Assembly: GCA_900772095.1 (NCBI GenBank)
Contig: CAAGQJ010000031.1
Location: forward strand, 14,479 to 78,478
Length of the DNA stretch: 64,000 nt
From: Bacilli bacterium
GTDB taxonomy: Bacteria > Bacillota_I > Bacilli_A > RF39 > UBA660
Reading direction: 5' to 3'
Part shown: positions 46,725 through 55,946 of the stretch, piece by piece
How the letters are laid out: every line of letters begins with the position of its first letter
Position numbering within the stretch: the first letter of the stretch is position 1
The notes under the pieces: generated by a model
Told to the model about the DNA's origin: nothing
Databases searched by the model: none
The model's input: the letters and a program-made list of their open reading frames with translations, nothing else
Made by a program: the position numbers and the translations under genes

Positions 46725-48068
46725 TTAGAGATTATCTAAAGCAACAGAGTCTTTTATTTTTTTGGGTTTCTTTTGTTTGTCTTTTTTATTTTTATTTTTA
46801 GTTTTTACTGAGCATGCTACTATGGCAAGTATTCCTAAGAATAATCCGGCAGAGCCAATTATTAAAATGAATTTTTTGTATTGATTTATTTCATTTTCAT
46901 ATACTTCTTTTATTTCATCTGTATATTTTTGAACAGTGTTTTCATCTTCTTCATATGTATACCAATTAGTAAGTGATGTTTCTAAGTTGGTTCCATATAT
47001 TAGTGTATATTTTGAGTCTTTATTAATTTTGTATCCGGTAACTTCAATGTCTCCTATTTTGATAGTGGTTTTAATATATTTATCAATATTTTTATTTGGT
47101 TCTAGAATTAATAATTTAATATTATTAAAAGTTATTTCACTATATGGTTTGTATGTATTAGTATCTTTATCGTATATATATAGATTGATGTTTCCATCAC
47201 TATCTTTAAGACCTATTAGTGTAAGATTTGTAGAGCTATTATAGAATGCTGGTATTTCTTCATTATCAATTGTAATTTTAGTACTTTGATAATTTGATGG
47301 TTTAGTTAAGATGCTTTCTCTTTTTACAACAGTATAATTTTTATCATTTATTTTTACATTAATAGGGTTGTTATCTTTAACTGTAACAATAATAGTATAA
47401 GTTTTTTTTGTTCCTTTTTCGCTAGTGACAACAATATTAATTTTATTTTCTCCTTCTGAAACTTTTATTTTTCCGGTACCATTTATTTTTGCTTTTGAAT
47501 CTTCTAAAGTAGCGTTTACAGTGATTTCTTCAACTTTTTCTTCTACTTCTAATTTGTATTCTAGGGTATCTTTATTAAAGTTAGGACTTATTTTGTATCC
47601 GGCAACTTCTAAAGTTTTTAAATTATTGTTAGTAGAGTATGTAATTGGTTTAGTAGTAGTTTCTTCTTTTATTCCAGTAATAGTAACAGGACTAACAGTA
47701 GTTTTCATTTCGTCTTCTCCTGCAAAAGTACGCATTGCGTATGATTTGACAGTAACTTTTGATGACCCAGTATTTAGAACTTTAAATTTATATGTTCTTT
47801 TTAGTTGTTTAGTGCTAGAACTAGGTGCAACATCTAGGACACCAATATCTCCTTCTATGAGTTTTAATTTTGAGCTATCATAACTTATGGTGTATTCACA
47901 AGTACCGATAGCAGTACTACTTTTACAATATACTGTAACTGTAGTAGTATTACCAATTTTAACATTTTTACTTGATGCATATATATCAATTGTACCATTT
48001 GCGGCATTTACTTTAAGAACTGGGAATAAGAGTAGTAAAGTAAGTACTAAATATTTAAGTTTTTTCAT
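46725..48068 (-). CDS. C-terminally membrane-anchored surface protein: cohesin-like module, cadherin-like beta-sandwich and stalk
   Basis: Signal peptide ..VLKVNA|ANG. A cadherin-like module (NNNLKTLEVAGYKISPNFNKDTLEYKLEV..TYTIIVTV). C-terminal TM FILIIGSAGLFLGILAIVACSV plus a Lys-rich tail. Confidence 0.6.
   Translation of the reverse strand: MKKLKYLVLTLLLLFPVLKVNAANGTIDIYASSKNVKIGNTTTVTVYCKSSTAIGTCEYTISYDSSKLKLIEGDIGVLDVAPSSSTKQLKRTYKFKVLNTGSSKVTVKSYAMRTFAGEDEMKTTVSPVTITGIKEETTTKPITYSTNNNLKTLEVAGYKISPNFNKDTLEYKLEVEEKVEEITVNATLEDSKAKINGTGKIKVSEGENKINIVVTSEKGTKKTYTIIVTVKDNNPINVKINDKNYTVVKRESILTKPSNYQSTKITIDNEEIPAFYNSSTNLTLIGLKDSDGNINLYIYDKDTNTYKPYSEITFNNIKLLILEPNKNIDKYIKTTIKIGDIEVTGYKINKDSKYTLIYGTNLETSLTNWYTYEEDENTVQKYTDEIKEVYENEINQYKKFILIIGSAGLFLGILAIVACSVKTKNKNKKDKQKKPKKIKDSVALDNL
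47673..48002 (-). other. cohesin-like module (residues ~23-132)
   Basis: GTIDIYASSKNVKIGNTTTVTVYCKSSTAIGTCEYTISYDSSKLKLIEGD..YKFKVLNTGSSKVTVKS follows the cohesin strand pattern (..G.tv.v.v....i.g..f.l.YD...L...). Confidence 0.45.
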
Positions 48069-48080
48069 CTAATTACCTCC

Positions 48081-50327
48081 TTATTTAATCTTTATATAAC
48101 CGAGTATGTGTTTTTGGACTCTTAATAAATCAAGTGAATTTATTTTATCGTCGTAACTTACATCTGCAGCATCTTTGTATTCATTTTTTAATGTACTGTA
48201 TTTTAGGATATGTTTTTGGACTCTTAATAGGTCTATACTATTTATTTTACCATCTCCATTAACGTCTCCTTTTATGACAATTGTGTAACTTTGTTTATCT
48301 GTGCCACTTACTATAGTAATAATATCACCAGTAGCAAGGTTATCTTCTTTTGAGTTGTTTTTATTATCTGTTATAGTGACTTTTGCGCTTGGATAGGATT
48401 TATTAATTGTATTTTTTATATCTCCAGCAGTGGTAAGTACTGCAATGTTAGTTAAGTATCCATTTGATAGTTTAAAATCCATATTATTTATTATTTCACT
48501 AACTTTTATATCTTTGTCTGTGGTTTTCTTTTTAATTATTGTGACATTATAAGTTTTGGTTGTTCCTACTTCGCTGGTAACAGTAATATTAACGGTTGTT
48601 TCGTCTTTTTCTAGTTTAATATTACCAGTTCCTTTAATAGTTGATTTATTACTTTTTGCAGTTGCTGTAATTATTACTTCTTTGGTATCATCTGTAACAT
48701 AATAATCGTATGTTAAGACGTCACTATCAAAGCCATTTACTAAGGTATTATTTATTTTTAAACTAGATAAGTCGTTGTTTGTATTTCCAACAGGTGGGTG
48801 AGAGGTGTATTCATCTGGGGTATTAGTGTATACAGGAATAGAGAATGTCCATCCTACGTCAAGTAAGTTTGCATTTTGATATGCATAATATATGGATAGG
48901 CTTTCACTAGCTGGTGCGATTATATTTGTCATATATTGATTAGTATATGCAGTTGAAGAGGCAGAATCTTTTGTGTTAAACTTTTGATAATATAAAGTAT
49001 CTTGTCCTCCGCCTACATATCTTTTTGTAATAAATTGTGCACCGTATTTAATAGCTTTTTCTCTTGTGTTCCAAGGTGTTCCATCGTAATTATCTACGAT
49101 ACCTGCTGCTACGGCTAAGCCTCTTGTAACAGCGCTTTTAGTAACACTATCTTGATAGGCACCAATATTATAATAATTGTAGTATCCTTTTAAACTTTTA
49201 CCATTATATGTTAAGTTTGATTTACCACTAACACCGTCATAATTTTCATTTGTTCCTCCTTCTTGTTTAACTCTTGCTGCTAAAAGTACGGGACTAATTT
49301 TATAGGTTTCAGCGGCTTCTAGGAAGTATTTTATATAATCTTCATCGCCATTTGCTAAATAGGTTCCACTAAATAAAGTTTCTAATACGCTTCTTGTATG
49401 ATTTTGTTTGTCATATGATTGAAGTAAGAATGCAAAAATATTTTTTTCATTTAAGTAATTTCTAGGGTCAATATAAAATGCAGTCATTGCACTAGAAGCT
49501 GTATACCAGTTAGGATTTTCTTTTAAAGTATTATTTAATCTATATACTGCGTAAGTTGATTGGGTATAGTTTTTACCTGTTTCTTTATCTACTACTGTAT
49601 TAAATTTTTTTGTACTTTTTTCTGCTTTGAAATTCCAATTTGGATGAAGACTATGTAAATAACTTAAATAGGGGATATAACTATCTGGAAAGCCTTCTGC
49701 TTTAAGTTTTTTTGCATATTCAGTATCTGTTTTGGTTATTTTGCTATAATCATCTACTAATCTAGCACATACATATCCAGTTTTATTATTATAATAGGAT
49801 ATTTTATACCAACCAGTTGTGCATGAAGAACTTTTGTTAGTAGGACCAGATAATATTTTAACATCAGTACCTAAGTATATAACTTCAATAGAACTTGCAT
49901 TTATGGAAGCACTTGTTCTTACTGTGGCATAGTTTTCATTAATTCTTGTGGACCAGGATTTTGTTGTATAATAGTTACCATCAGAAGATATTTTATAGTC
50001 ACTATTAATTCCGCCAGTAGCTTCTTCTGTTTCAGTAATTTTTATACAGTTGCTACATACATAATAACCGCTTTTTCCATTATAATAAGCTTCAACCCAT
50101 CCTTTAGAACAGTTACTATCCCCAGTATTATATAGTTTATTGCTTACTAATTGTATGGTTTTTTTATAACTAATGAGAGTTTTATAACTGTAATTAGTAC
50201 CGGGTCCTGTTCTTATATAAACTCCATCTTTATCTGTAACAGTTGCAGTATAACTATTTGCATTAACATCTAATATATAGAAACTAAATATAAAAATGAA
50301 TATTAATAGTTTAATATTTTTTTTCAT
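48081..50327 (-). CDS. secreted peptidoglycan hydrolase: 2x SH3b, GH73 glucosaminidase, cadherin-like module and a type I dockerin
   Basis: Signal peptide ..ILDVNA|NS. SH3b repeats (GVYIRTGPGTNYSYK; GWYKISYYNNKTGYV). GH73-like core (ISPVLLAARVKQEGG, YYNYYNIGAY, GGQDTLYYQKFN). C-terminal dockerin. Confidence 0.7.
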   Translation of the reverse strand: MKKNIKLLIFIFIFSFYILDVNANSYTATVTDKDGVYIRTGPGTNYSYKTLISYKKTIQLVSNKLYNTGDSNCSKGWVEAYYNGKSGYYVCSNCIKITETEEATGGINSDYKISSDGNYYTTKSWSTRINENYATVRTSASINASSIEVIYLGTDVKILSGPTNKSSSCTTGWYKISYYNNKTGYVCARLVDDYSKITKTDTEYAKKLKAEGFPDSYIPYLSYLHSLHPNWNFKAEKSTKKFNTVVDKETGKNYTQSTYAVYRLNNTLKENPNWYTASSAMTAFYIDPRNYLNEKNIFAFLLQSYDKQNHTRSVLETLFSGTYLANGDEDYIKYFLEAAETYKISPVLLAARVKQEGGTNENYDGVSGKSNLTYNGKSLKGYYNYYNIGAYQDSVTKSAVTRGLAVAAGIVDNYDGTPWNTREKAIKYGAQFITKRYVGGGQDTLYYQKFNTKDSASSTAYTNQYMTNIIAPASESLSIYYAYQNANLLDVGWTFSIPVYTNTPDEYTSHPPVGNTNNDLSSLKINNTLVNGFDSDVLTYDYYVTDDTKEVIITATAKSNKSTIKGTGNIKLEKDETTVNITVTSEVGTTKTYNVTIIKKKTTDKDIKVSEIINNMDFKLSNGYLTNIAVLTTAGDIKNTINKSYPSAKVTITDNKNNSKEDNLATGDIITIVSGTDKQSYTIVIKGDVNGDGKINSIDLLRVQKHILKYSTLKNEYKDAADVSYDDKINSLDLLRVQKHILGYIKIK
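48084..48269 (-). other. type I dockerin module (62 aa)
   Basis: Two Ca-binding repeats: GDVNGDGKINSIDLLRVQKHIL and ADVSYDDKINSLDLLRVQKHILG. Confidence 0.75.
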
Positions 50328-50503
50328 AGTGCACCTCTTATTATCTATATTTATATAAATATTATATCAATTTTTTAGGAGAACTCCTAGTATTTGACAA
50401 AAAAAATAAAATATTTTACATATATTTGTCTAACATAATTCATAAAATTTATTAAAAGTACTTGAAAAGATAAAAAATATAAGATAAAATATTAGATGTC
50501 TAT

Positions 50504-50577
50504 GGGACTATAGCCAAGTGGTAAGGCATGGGTCTGCAAAACCTTGAGCACCAGTTCAAATCTGGTTAGTCCCTCCA
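50504..50577 (+). tRNA. tRNA-Cys (GCA)
   Basis: Acceptor GGGACTA/TAGTCCC, anticodon loop CTGCAAA, discriminator U73, encoded CCA. Confidence 0.9.
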
Positions 50578-50590
50578 AATAGAATATAAT

Positions 50591-50614
50591 CCCTTATAAA
50601 ATAAGGGTTTTTTT
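50591..50614 (+). terminator. terminator after tRNA-Cys
   Basis: CCCTTAT / ATAAGGG hairpin plus T7. Confidence 0.7.
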
Positions 50615-50726
50615 ATGTTTTTTAAAAATTGTGTGTGAATTAATATTAGTTTTAATAATATTTAAATATCTTGTTGTAAAATTTTAAATTTATGATATAC
50701 TTTTATTAGAATTGGAGGATTATTTT

Positions 50727-52403
50727 ATGAAAATTAAAAAGATATTATTTACTTTAATATTATTTTTTACATGTTTTTTAAGTGTAAATGCTAAGAATAA
50801 AATATCTAATATTTCTATGTCTATTTATTTAGATAAAGATGGTACGGCATTTATTACTGAAAAATGGGATGTAAAAGGTAGTGATGGTACAGAATGGTAT
50901 AAAGGGTTAGGTAATTTAGGAAATTCAGTACTATCTGATTTTAAAGTTTCAATGGATGGAACTGATTTGACTTATAAAACATGGGATATTAATGAATCAT
51001 TAAGTGAAAAAAAAGGTTATTATGGTATTAATTATAGTAGTAATGGACCTGAATTATGTTTTGGAAAATATGACTATAAGAAACATACTTTTGTATTAAA
51101 TTATAAGTTAACAAATTATATAATTAATACAGAAGATAGTCAAGTTTTATATTGGACTTTAATTGATAGGTTATCAGGTGTTGATTTTGAAAAGTTCGAT
51201 GTAACAGTAACTAGTTATTATTCTTTTCCAGATACATTAGATGTTTGGGGTTATGGTTATAAAGGATATGCTTATGTAAAAGATGGTAAGATAAGTATGT
51301 CTACTGAGGAAAATAGTGATATGAATGATAGTTATGTTGTTTTGCTTGCTAAATTTCCTTTAGAAACATTTGATACAGATAATACAAGTAGTGATTTTTC
51401 AAAGTTTGATGATGTTTATCAAAGGGCTGAAGATGGAACATTTGATTATAATTATGATGATAGCAGTCCAAATATTTTATCAATAATTAAATTTATACTT
51501 TATGCAGGAGTTATTGGTTTTATTTTTGGAATGTCAATTTATTTTGCGGTATCAGGTGGATATGGTTATAAAGATAATAAAACTATTTCTAAGAAGAATA
51601 CACCATTTTTTAGAGATATACCTTGTAATAAAGATATTTATTATGCAAATACTTTAATTAAACTAAATAAATTTGGATATAAAGAGACAAATATTTTGGG
51701 AGCAATATTATTAAAATGGGTAAGAGAAGATAAGATAGGTTTTTCTTCTACTGTTAAAGGTATTTTGAAGAAAGAAGAAGGTATAATAGATTTAACAAAA
51801 TCACCATCATTTGATAATGAAAAGGAAGAAAAATTATTTAACATGATGTATGAGGCTAGTAAAGATGGATATTTAGAGAAGAAAGAATTTGAGAAATGGG
51901 CAAGAACTCATTATGACCGTTTTCTTAGTTTGTTTAATTCGATAGAAAGTGCAAAAGAAAATGAATTAAGAAAAAGTGGGGAAATTTATCGAAGAAAAAA
52001 TAAACAAGAATGTAAGAAGAGAAATGTATTAAGTGATAAGATTTATGAGGATAGTAAACAATTATTTGGATTAAAACTTTATTTAAATGAGTTTACTTCA
52101 ATGAATACTAAAGAAGTAATGGAAGTAAAATTATGGGATGAGTATTTAATGTTTGCTTATTTATTTGGAATTGCTGACAAGGTTGCGAAACAACTTAAAA
52201 ATATGTATCCTGAATTAATAGAACAATCTGATTTTGATTATGGAACATTTATTTTATTAAACAATATATCTAATAGTACTGTTTATGCTGCAACTAGTGC
52301 AAGGGCAGCAGCAGAAAATTATTCTTCAGGTGGAGGCGGGTTCTCATCTGGCGGAGGTGGCGGTGGTTCCTTCGGCGGTGGAGGCGGAGGCGGAAGCCGT
52401 TAA
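50727..52403 (+). CDS. DUF2207-family membrane protein with a poly-Gly C-terminal tail
   Basis: ATG 50727 after GGAGG. Signal peptide, extracytoplasmic domain, TM segments, and tail SSGGGGFSSGGGGGGSFGGGGGGGSR typical of DUF2207. Confidence 0.7.
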   Translation: MKIKKILFTLILFFTCFLSVNAKNKISNISMSIYLDKDGTAFITEKWDVKGSDGTEWYKGLGNLGNSVLSDFKVSMDGTDLTYKTWDINESLSEKKGYYGINYSSNGPELCFGKYDYKKHTFVLNYKLTNYIINTEDSQVLYWTLIDRLSGVDFEKFDVTVTSYYSFPDTLDVWGYGYKGYAYVKDGKISMSTEENSDMNDSYVVLLAKFPLETFDTDNTSSDFSKFDDVYQRAEDGTFDYNYDDSSPNILSIIKFILYAGVIGFIFGMSIYFAVSGGYGYKDNKTISKKNTPFFRDIPCNKDIYYANTLIKLNKFGYKETNILGAILLKWVREDKIGFSSTVKGILKKEEGIIDLTKSPSFDNEKEEKLFNMMYEASKDGYLEKKEFEKWARTHYDRFLSLFNSIESAKENELRKSGEIYRRKNKQECKKRNVLSDKIYEDSKQLFGLKLYLNEFTSMNTKEVMEVKLWDEYLMFAYLFGIADKVAKQLKNMYPELIEQSDFDYGTFILLNNISNSTVYAATSARAAAENYSSGGGGFSSGGGGGGSFGGGGGGGSR

Positions 52404-52620
52404 TACTATATAAAAATGATAAGAACTATAGATTTGTAAGAAATTTAAAATTTGCTTACAATCCATAGTTTTTTTGTTATAAATTGTAAAGTTTTTTATA
52501 AAATATTAGAGGTATACTTAATATTTTTGTGTTCCTAGTGTTATTGATTAAATTAGTTCAATTTAAAAATTGCTCAAGAAGCAAAAAAAGAAAGGTTTTT
52601 ATTGTTTACCTTTCTTTAAT

Positions 52621-52707
52621 TTATTTTTTTAAAACTTTGCTAATAGGTTGAGCTTTTAGTTCTTCTTGATATTTTGCAAGTTTATAATAGTTATTTACAA
52701 AGTACAA
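52621..52707 (-). pseudogene. possible 3' remnant of a decayed gene with an intact terminator
   Basis: A 28-codon minus-strand frame ends ..NNYYKLAKYQEELKAQPISKVLKK*. It is followed on that strand by hairpin 52617-52587 (AAAGAAAGGT/ACCTTTCTTT) and a T run. No start context is seen. Confidence 0.25.
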
Positions 52708-52950
52708 TTATTTCACTATTTGTTTTAGTTACTAGGTAATTATTGTTGGTTTTTATGTATTCTTTTATATGTTATAGTATTATTCAAGTTTTTAGTATTA
52801 AGCTGGAATGCTATGGGTAAGTAATATGATAAGATAAGCACTGAAATTGGTAAAGAAATGGTAATTTAGGCAATTTTTTAAGGAAATTTTATGTTAAGTA
52901 TTGTCAATTAATAATATTTATGATATTATTATATTGCTTGTTTGATTTAT

Positions 52951-53027
52951 GGCGATGTAGCTCAGCTGGCTAGAGCGACTGGTTCATACCCAGTAGGTCG
53001 GGGGTTCGATTCCCTCCGTCGCTACCA
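52951..53027 (+). tRNA. tRNA-Met (CAU), elongator type
   Basis: GGCGATGTAGCTCAGCTGGCTAGAGC..GGTTCATACCC..GGTTCGATTCC..GCTACCA. G1-C72 is paired, so it is not an initiator. Confidence 0.8.
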
Positions 53028-53039
53028 TTAAGTTTATTT

Positions 53040-53060
53040 CCCTTGTATATCAAGGGTTTT
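53040..53060 (+). terminator. hairpin after tRNA-Met
   Basis: CCCTTG / CAAGGG plus T4. Confidence 0.5.
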
Positions 53061-53186
53061 ATTATGGAAGAATATTTTATTTTTTGTTATTATATGTAGT
53101 TTATTGAGGGTTTAAAAAATGAAAAAGTTTTTTTAATTATCTTGATAGTGATGATAATTTTTGTTATTATAATTGTGGTGGGAATG

Positions 53187-54302
53187 ATGATATATTTAGA
53201 TTATAGTGCTACTACAAAGGTAGATGAAAAAGTATTAAGTCGTTTTAGTGAAGTAGTAAATAGATATTATGCTAATCCAAACCAATTGCATTTTCAAGGA
53301 AAAGAAGCAAATAAAGTAGTTTGTGATGCAATCAAAAATATAGAAAAAGAACTTAATTTAAAAGATAAAGAGATAATTTTTACAAGTGGTGCAAGTGAAG
53401 CGAATAATACTGTAATAAAGGGTATTAAGACTAATAAACGACACATTATTACAACAGAATTTGAACATTCTAGTATTTTAAGTCCACTTTCATATTTACA
53501 AAAAGAAGGGTATAAAGTTTCATTTGTAAAGTTAAGAGAAAATGGAATAGTTGATTTAGATGATTTGGAAAATTTAATAACGGATGATACGTTTTTAGTG
53601 AGTATAAATGCTGTAAATTCTGAAATAGGTATAAGACAACCAATAGAAGAAATATCAAAGATAATTAAAAAACATCCTGGTGTTTTATTTCATAGTGATA
53701 TGACTCAAATAATAGGTAAAGATAGTATTGATATAAATTCTGTGGATTTAGCAAGTTTTTCTGCACATAAAATATATTCTTTTAAGGGAATAGGGTGTTT
53801 AATTAAGAATAAAGATATAAAATTAGTACCATTAATTCATGGGGGTAAAAGTACGACAATCTATAGAAGTGGTACTCCGAGCACGGAACTAATTGATAGT
53901 ATTAGTACAGCTTTAACAGTTATAAATGAAGGAAAACAGGAGAAGTATAATCATGTTAAAGAATTAAATAATTATATTAGAAATCATATAAAAAAATATG
54001 ACAATATAATAGTAAATAGTAATGATAGATGTGTTCCTCATATATTGAATATTAGTATTTTAGGGAAAGATGCTACTGCAACTTTAGAGTATTTTTCTTT
54101 TCATAATATTATGATTTCTACTAGAAGTGCTTGTTCAAGTGCTAGTGATATGTCTTATGCTGTTTATAAACTAACCAACAGAAGTGATTTAGCGCGTTCT
54201 TCTGTAAGGATAAGTTTATCTTATAAAACAAGCTTATCTGAAGTTGATGAGTTTTTAAAAGTATTGGATAATTATATGGAGGAAAAAAGTGAAGATAATT
54301 AA
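53187..54302 (+). CDS. cysteine desulfurase (class V aminotransferase, NifS/IscS-like)
   Basis: MIYLDYSATT. PLP-Lys context SFSAHKIYSFKGIG and active Cys STRSACSS. The start is ATG 53184 or 53187. Confidence 0.8.
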   Translation: MIYLDYSATTKVDEKVLSRFSEVVNRYYANPNQLHFQGKEANKVVCDAIKNIEKELNLKDKEIIFTSGASEANNTVIKGIKTNKRHIITTEFEHSSILSPLSYLQKEGYKVSFVKLRENGIVDLDDLENLITDDTFLVSINAVNSEIGIRQPIEEISKIIKKHPGVLFHSDMTQIIGKDSIDINSVDLASFSAHKIYSFKGIGCLIKNKDIKLVPLIHGGKSTTIYRSGTPSTELIDSISTALTVINEGKQEKYNHVKELNNYIRNHIKKYDNIIVNSNDRCVPHILNISILGKDATATLEYFSFHNIMISTRSACSSASDMSYAVYKLTNRSDLARSSVRISLSYKTSLSEVDEFLKVLDNYMEEKSEDN

Positions 54303-54534
54303 AATTACATCTTTAGGTTGTCCATCATGTATTATTATGAATGGTATTTTAGATGAAGTTTCTAAAGATTATAAAATTGATGTTCTTGAATATGATTATG
54401 ATTTTGATGATATAGAAAAGTATAATGTAGGAAAAACTCTTCCGGTATTAATTTTTATAAATGATGACAAGGAAATTGCAAGATTAATAGGAGAACAATC
54501 GAAAGAAAAAATAATAGAGATAATAGGTGACTGA
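54289..54534 (+). CDS. small thioredoxin-fold protein (CPSC)
   Basis: GTG 54289 after GGAGG. KITSLGCPSCIIM. 81 aa with no signal peptide. Confidence 0.6.
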   Translation: MKIIKITSLGCPSCIIMNGILDEVSKDYKIDVLEYDYDFDDIEKYNVGKTLPVLIFINDDKEIARLIGEQSKEKIIEIIGD

Positions 54535-54535
54535 T

Positions 54536-55780
54536 GTGAAAAAAGTAGTAATGTTTTTAATGATGTTTTTAATACTTTTTCCTTCTACTATATTTGCAAA
54601 AGAGGACAAAGAGATAAATTTATATTTGTTTTATGGTAATGGTTGTCCACATTGTAAAAGTGAAGAAGAATTTTTGGATGAATATTTAGAGGGAAAAGAT
54701 AATATTAAGTTATATACTTATGAGGTATGGTATAACAAGAAAAATAGTAAATTGATGAAAGAAGTTTCTAAAGAATTAGGTGTTGACATTATTGGAATTC
54801 CATATTTAATAATTGGAGAAAATGTAATACAAGGTTTTATGGAAAATTCTACAGAAAAAGAGATAAAAGAGTATATTAATTATTGTCTTAATAATGATTA
54901 TACTGATAAAGCAGGAATGGTAATAGGTGTAGCTAAAGATAGCAAAGATAATAATGATAATACTTCAAATAATGATGATGCTAGTAGTGGTGATAATAAA
55001 GGTAATACTTTTAATGATGAAAATAAGAAATGGGAAGTGCCAATACTTGGAGAAATAACTGCTAAAGATGTATCTCTTCCTGTTTTAGCAATTGTGATAG
55101 GACTTGTTGATGGTTTTAATCCATGTGCTATGTGGATATTATTATTTTTAATTAGTATGCTTATTGGGACTAAAGATAAAAAGAAGATGTGGATATTAGG
55201 ATTTGTTTTTATAGGTACTTCTGGACTTATATATTTTCTATTTATGATATCTTGGCTTAATTTAGCAATGTTTATGAACCAAATAACTACAATTAAGTTT
55301 ATTATTTCGGCATTTGCACTTGCTTTTGGAATAATAAATGTTATAAGATATTTTAAACTAAGAAAAGAACCTGTCGGATGTGACGTTACTAATCCTAAAA
55401 TGAGAAAGAAAATTACAACAAGGATAAAAAATAGTGTTTTAAATAACAAGTTTATTATTTCTATATTAGGAATTATGATTTTAGCGGCTTTAGTAAATAT
55501 AGTTGAACTTTTATGTTCTTTAGGGTTGCCTGTTGTGTTTACTGAAATATTATCAATTAATAATTTATCTAAGGGTGCATATATTGCATATTTATTAGTG
55601 TATGTTTTATTCTTTTTGATTGATGATATAATTGTATTTATAATAGCGATGAAAACTTTAAAAATAAGTGTAATTTCAAATAAGTATGGTAAATATTCTC
55701 ATTTAATTGGTGGGGTTCTTATGATAATAATTGCAATTCTTATGATTTTTAAACCTGAGTGGTTGATGTTTAATTTTTAA
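54536..55780 (+). CDS. exported thioredoxin-fold domain (CPHC) fused to a CcdA/DsbD-like membrane core
   Basis: The likely start is GTG 54536 (AGGTGA RBS); the track start 54527 is also possible. Signal peptide, LFYGNGCPHCKSEEEFL, Asn/Asp linker, six TM with GFNPCAMW and ELLCSLGLP. Confidence 0.6.
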   Translation: MKKVVMFLMMFLILFPSTIFAKEDKEINLYLFYGNGCPHCKSEEEFLDEYLEGKDNIKLYTYEVWYNKKNSKLMKEVSKELGVDIIGIPYLIIGENVIQGFMENSTEKEIKEYINYCLNNDYTDKAGMVIGVAKDSKDNNDNTSNNDDASSGDNKGNTFNDENKKWEVPILGEITAKDVSLPVLAIVIGLVDGFNPCAMWILLFLISMLIGTKDKKKMWILGFVFIGTSGLIYFLFMISWLNLAMFMNQITTIKFIISAFALAFGIINVIRYFKLRKEPVGCDVTNPKMRKKITTRIKNSVLNNKFIISILGIMILAALVNIVELLCSLGLPVVFTEILSINNLSKGAYIAYLLVYVLFFLIDDIIVFIIAMKTLKISVISNKYGKYSHLIGGVLMIIIAILMIFKPEWLMFNF

Positions 55781-55866
55781 AAGGACGAAAGTCTTTTGTT
55801 CTTTACTGATTATATGTGTATTTAACTGTAAATATTGTCTTTTTGAATTTGTTTTTTCTAAAATAT

Positions 55867-55895
55867 TTGACAAAATGTGAATAATATGGTATAAT
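55867..55895 (+). promoter_or_regulatory. consensus extended -10 promoter
   Basis: TTGACA 55867-55872, a 17-nt spacer, then TGgTATAAT (-10 at 55890-55895). Confidence 0.6.
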
Positions 55896-55946
55896 TTAGT
55901 CACTTACTTAGAAGATTACCACAAAGTATTAAGGGGGGTAGGTAAT

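Noticed and set aside
52317-52400. A sharp local GC spike (GGTGGAGGCGGG..GGCGGAGGCGGAAGCCGT), considered as a repeat element or foreign insert.
   Set aside because: It is simply the run of Gly codons that encodes the poly-Gly tail typical of DUF2207 proteins, in frame with the rest of the gene.
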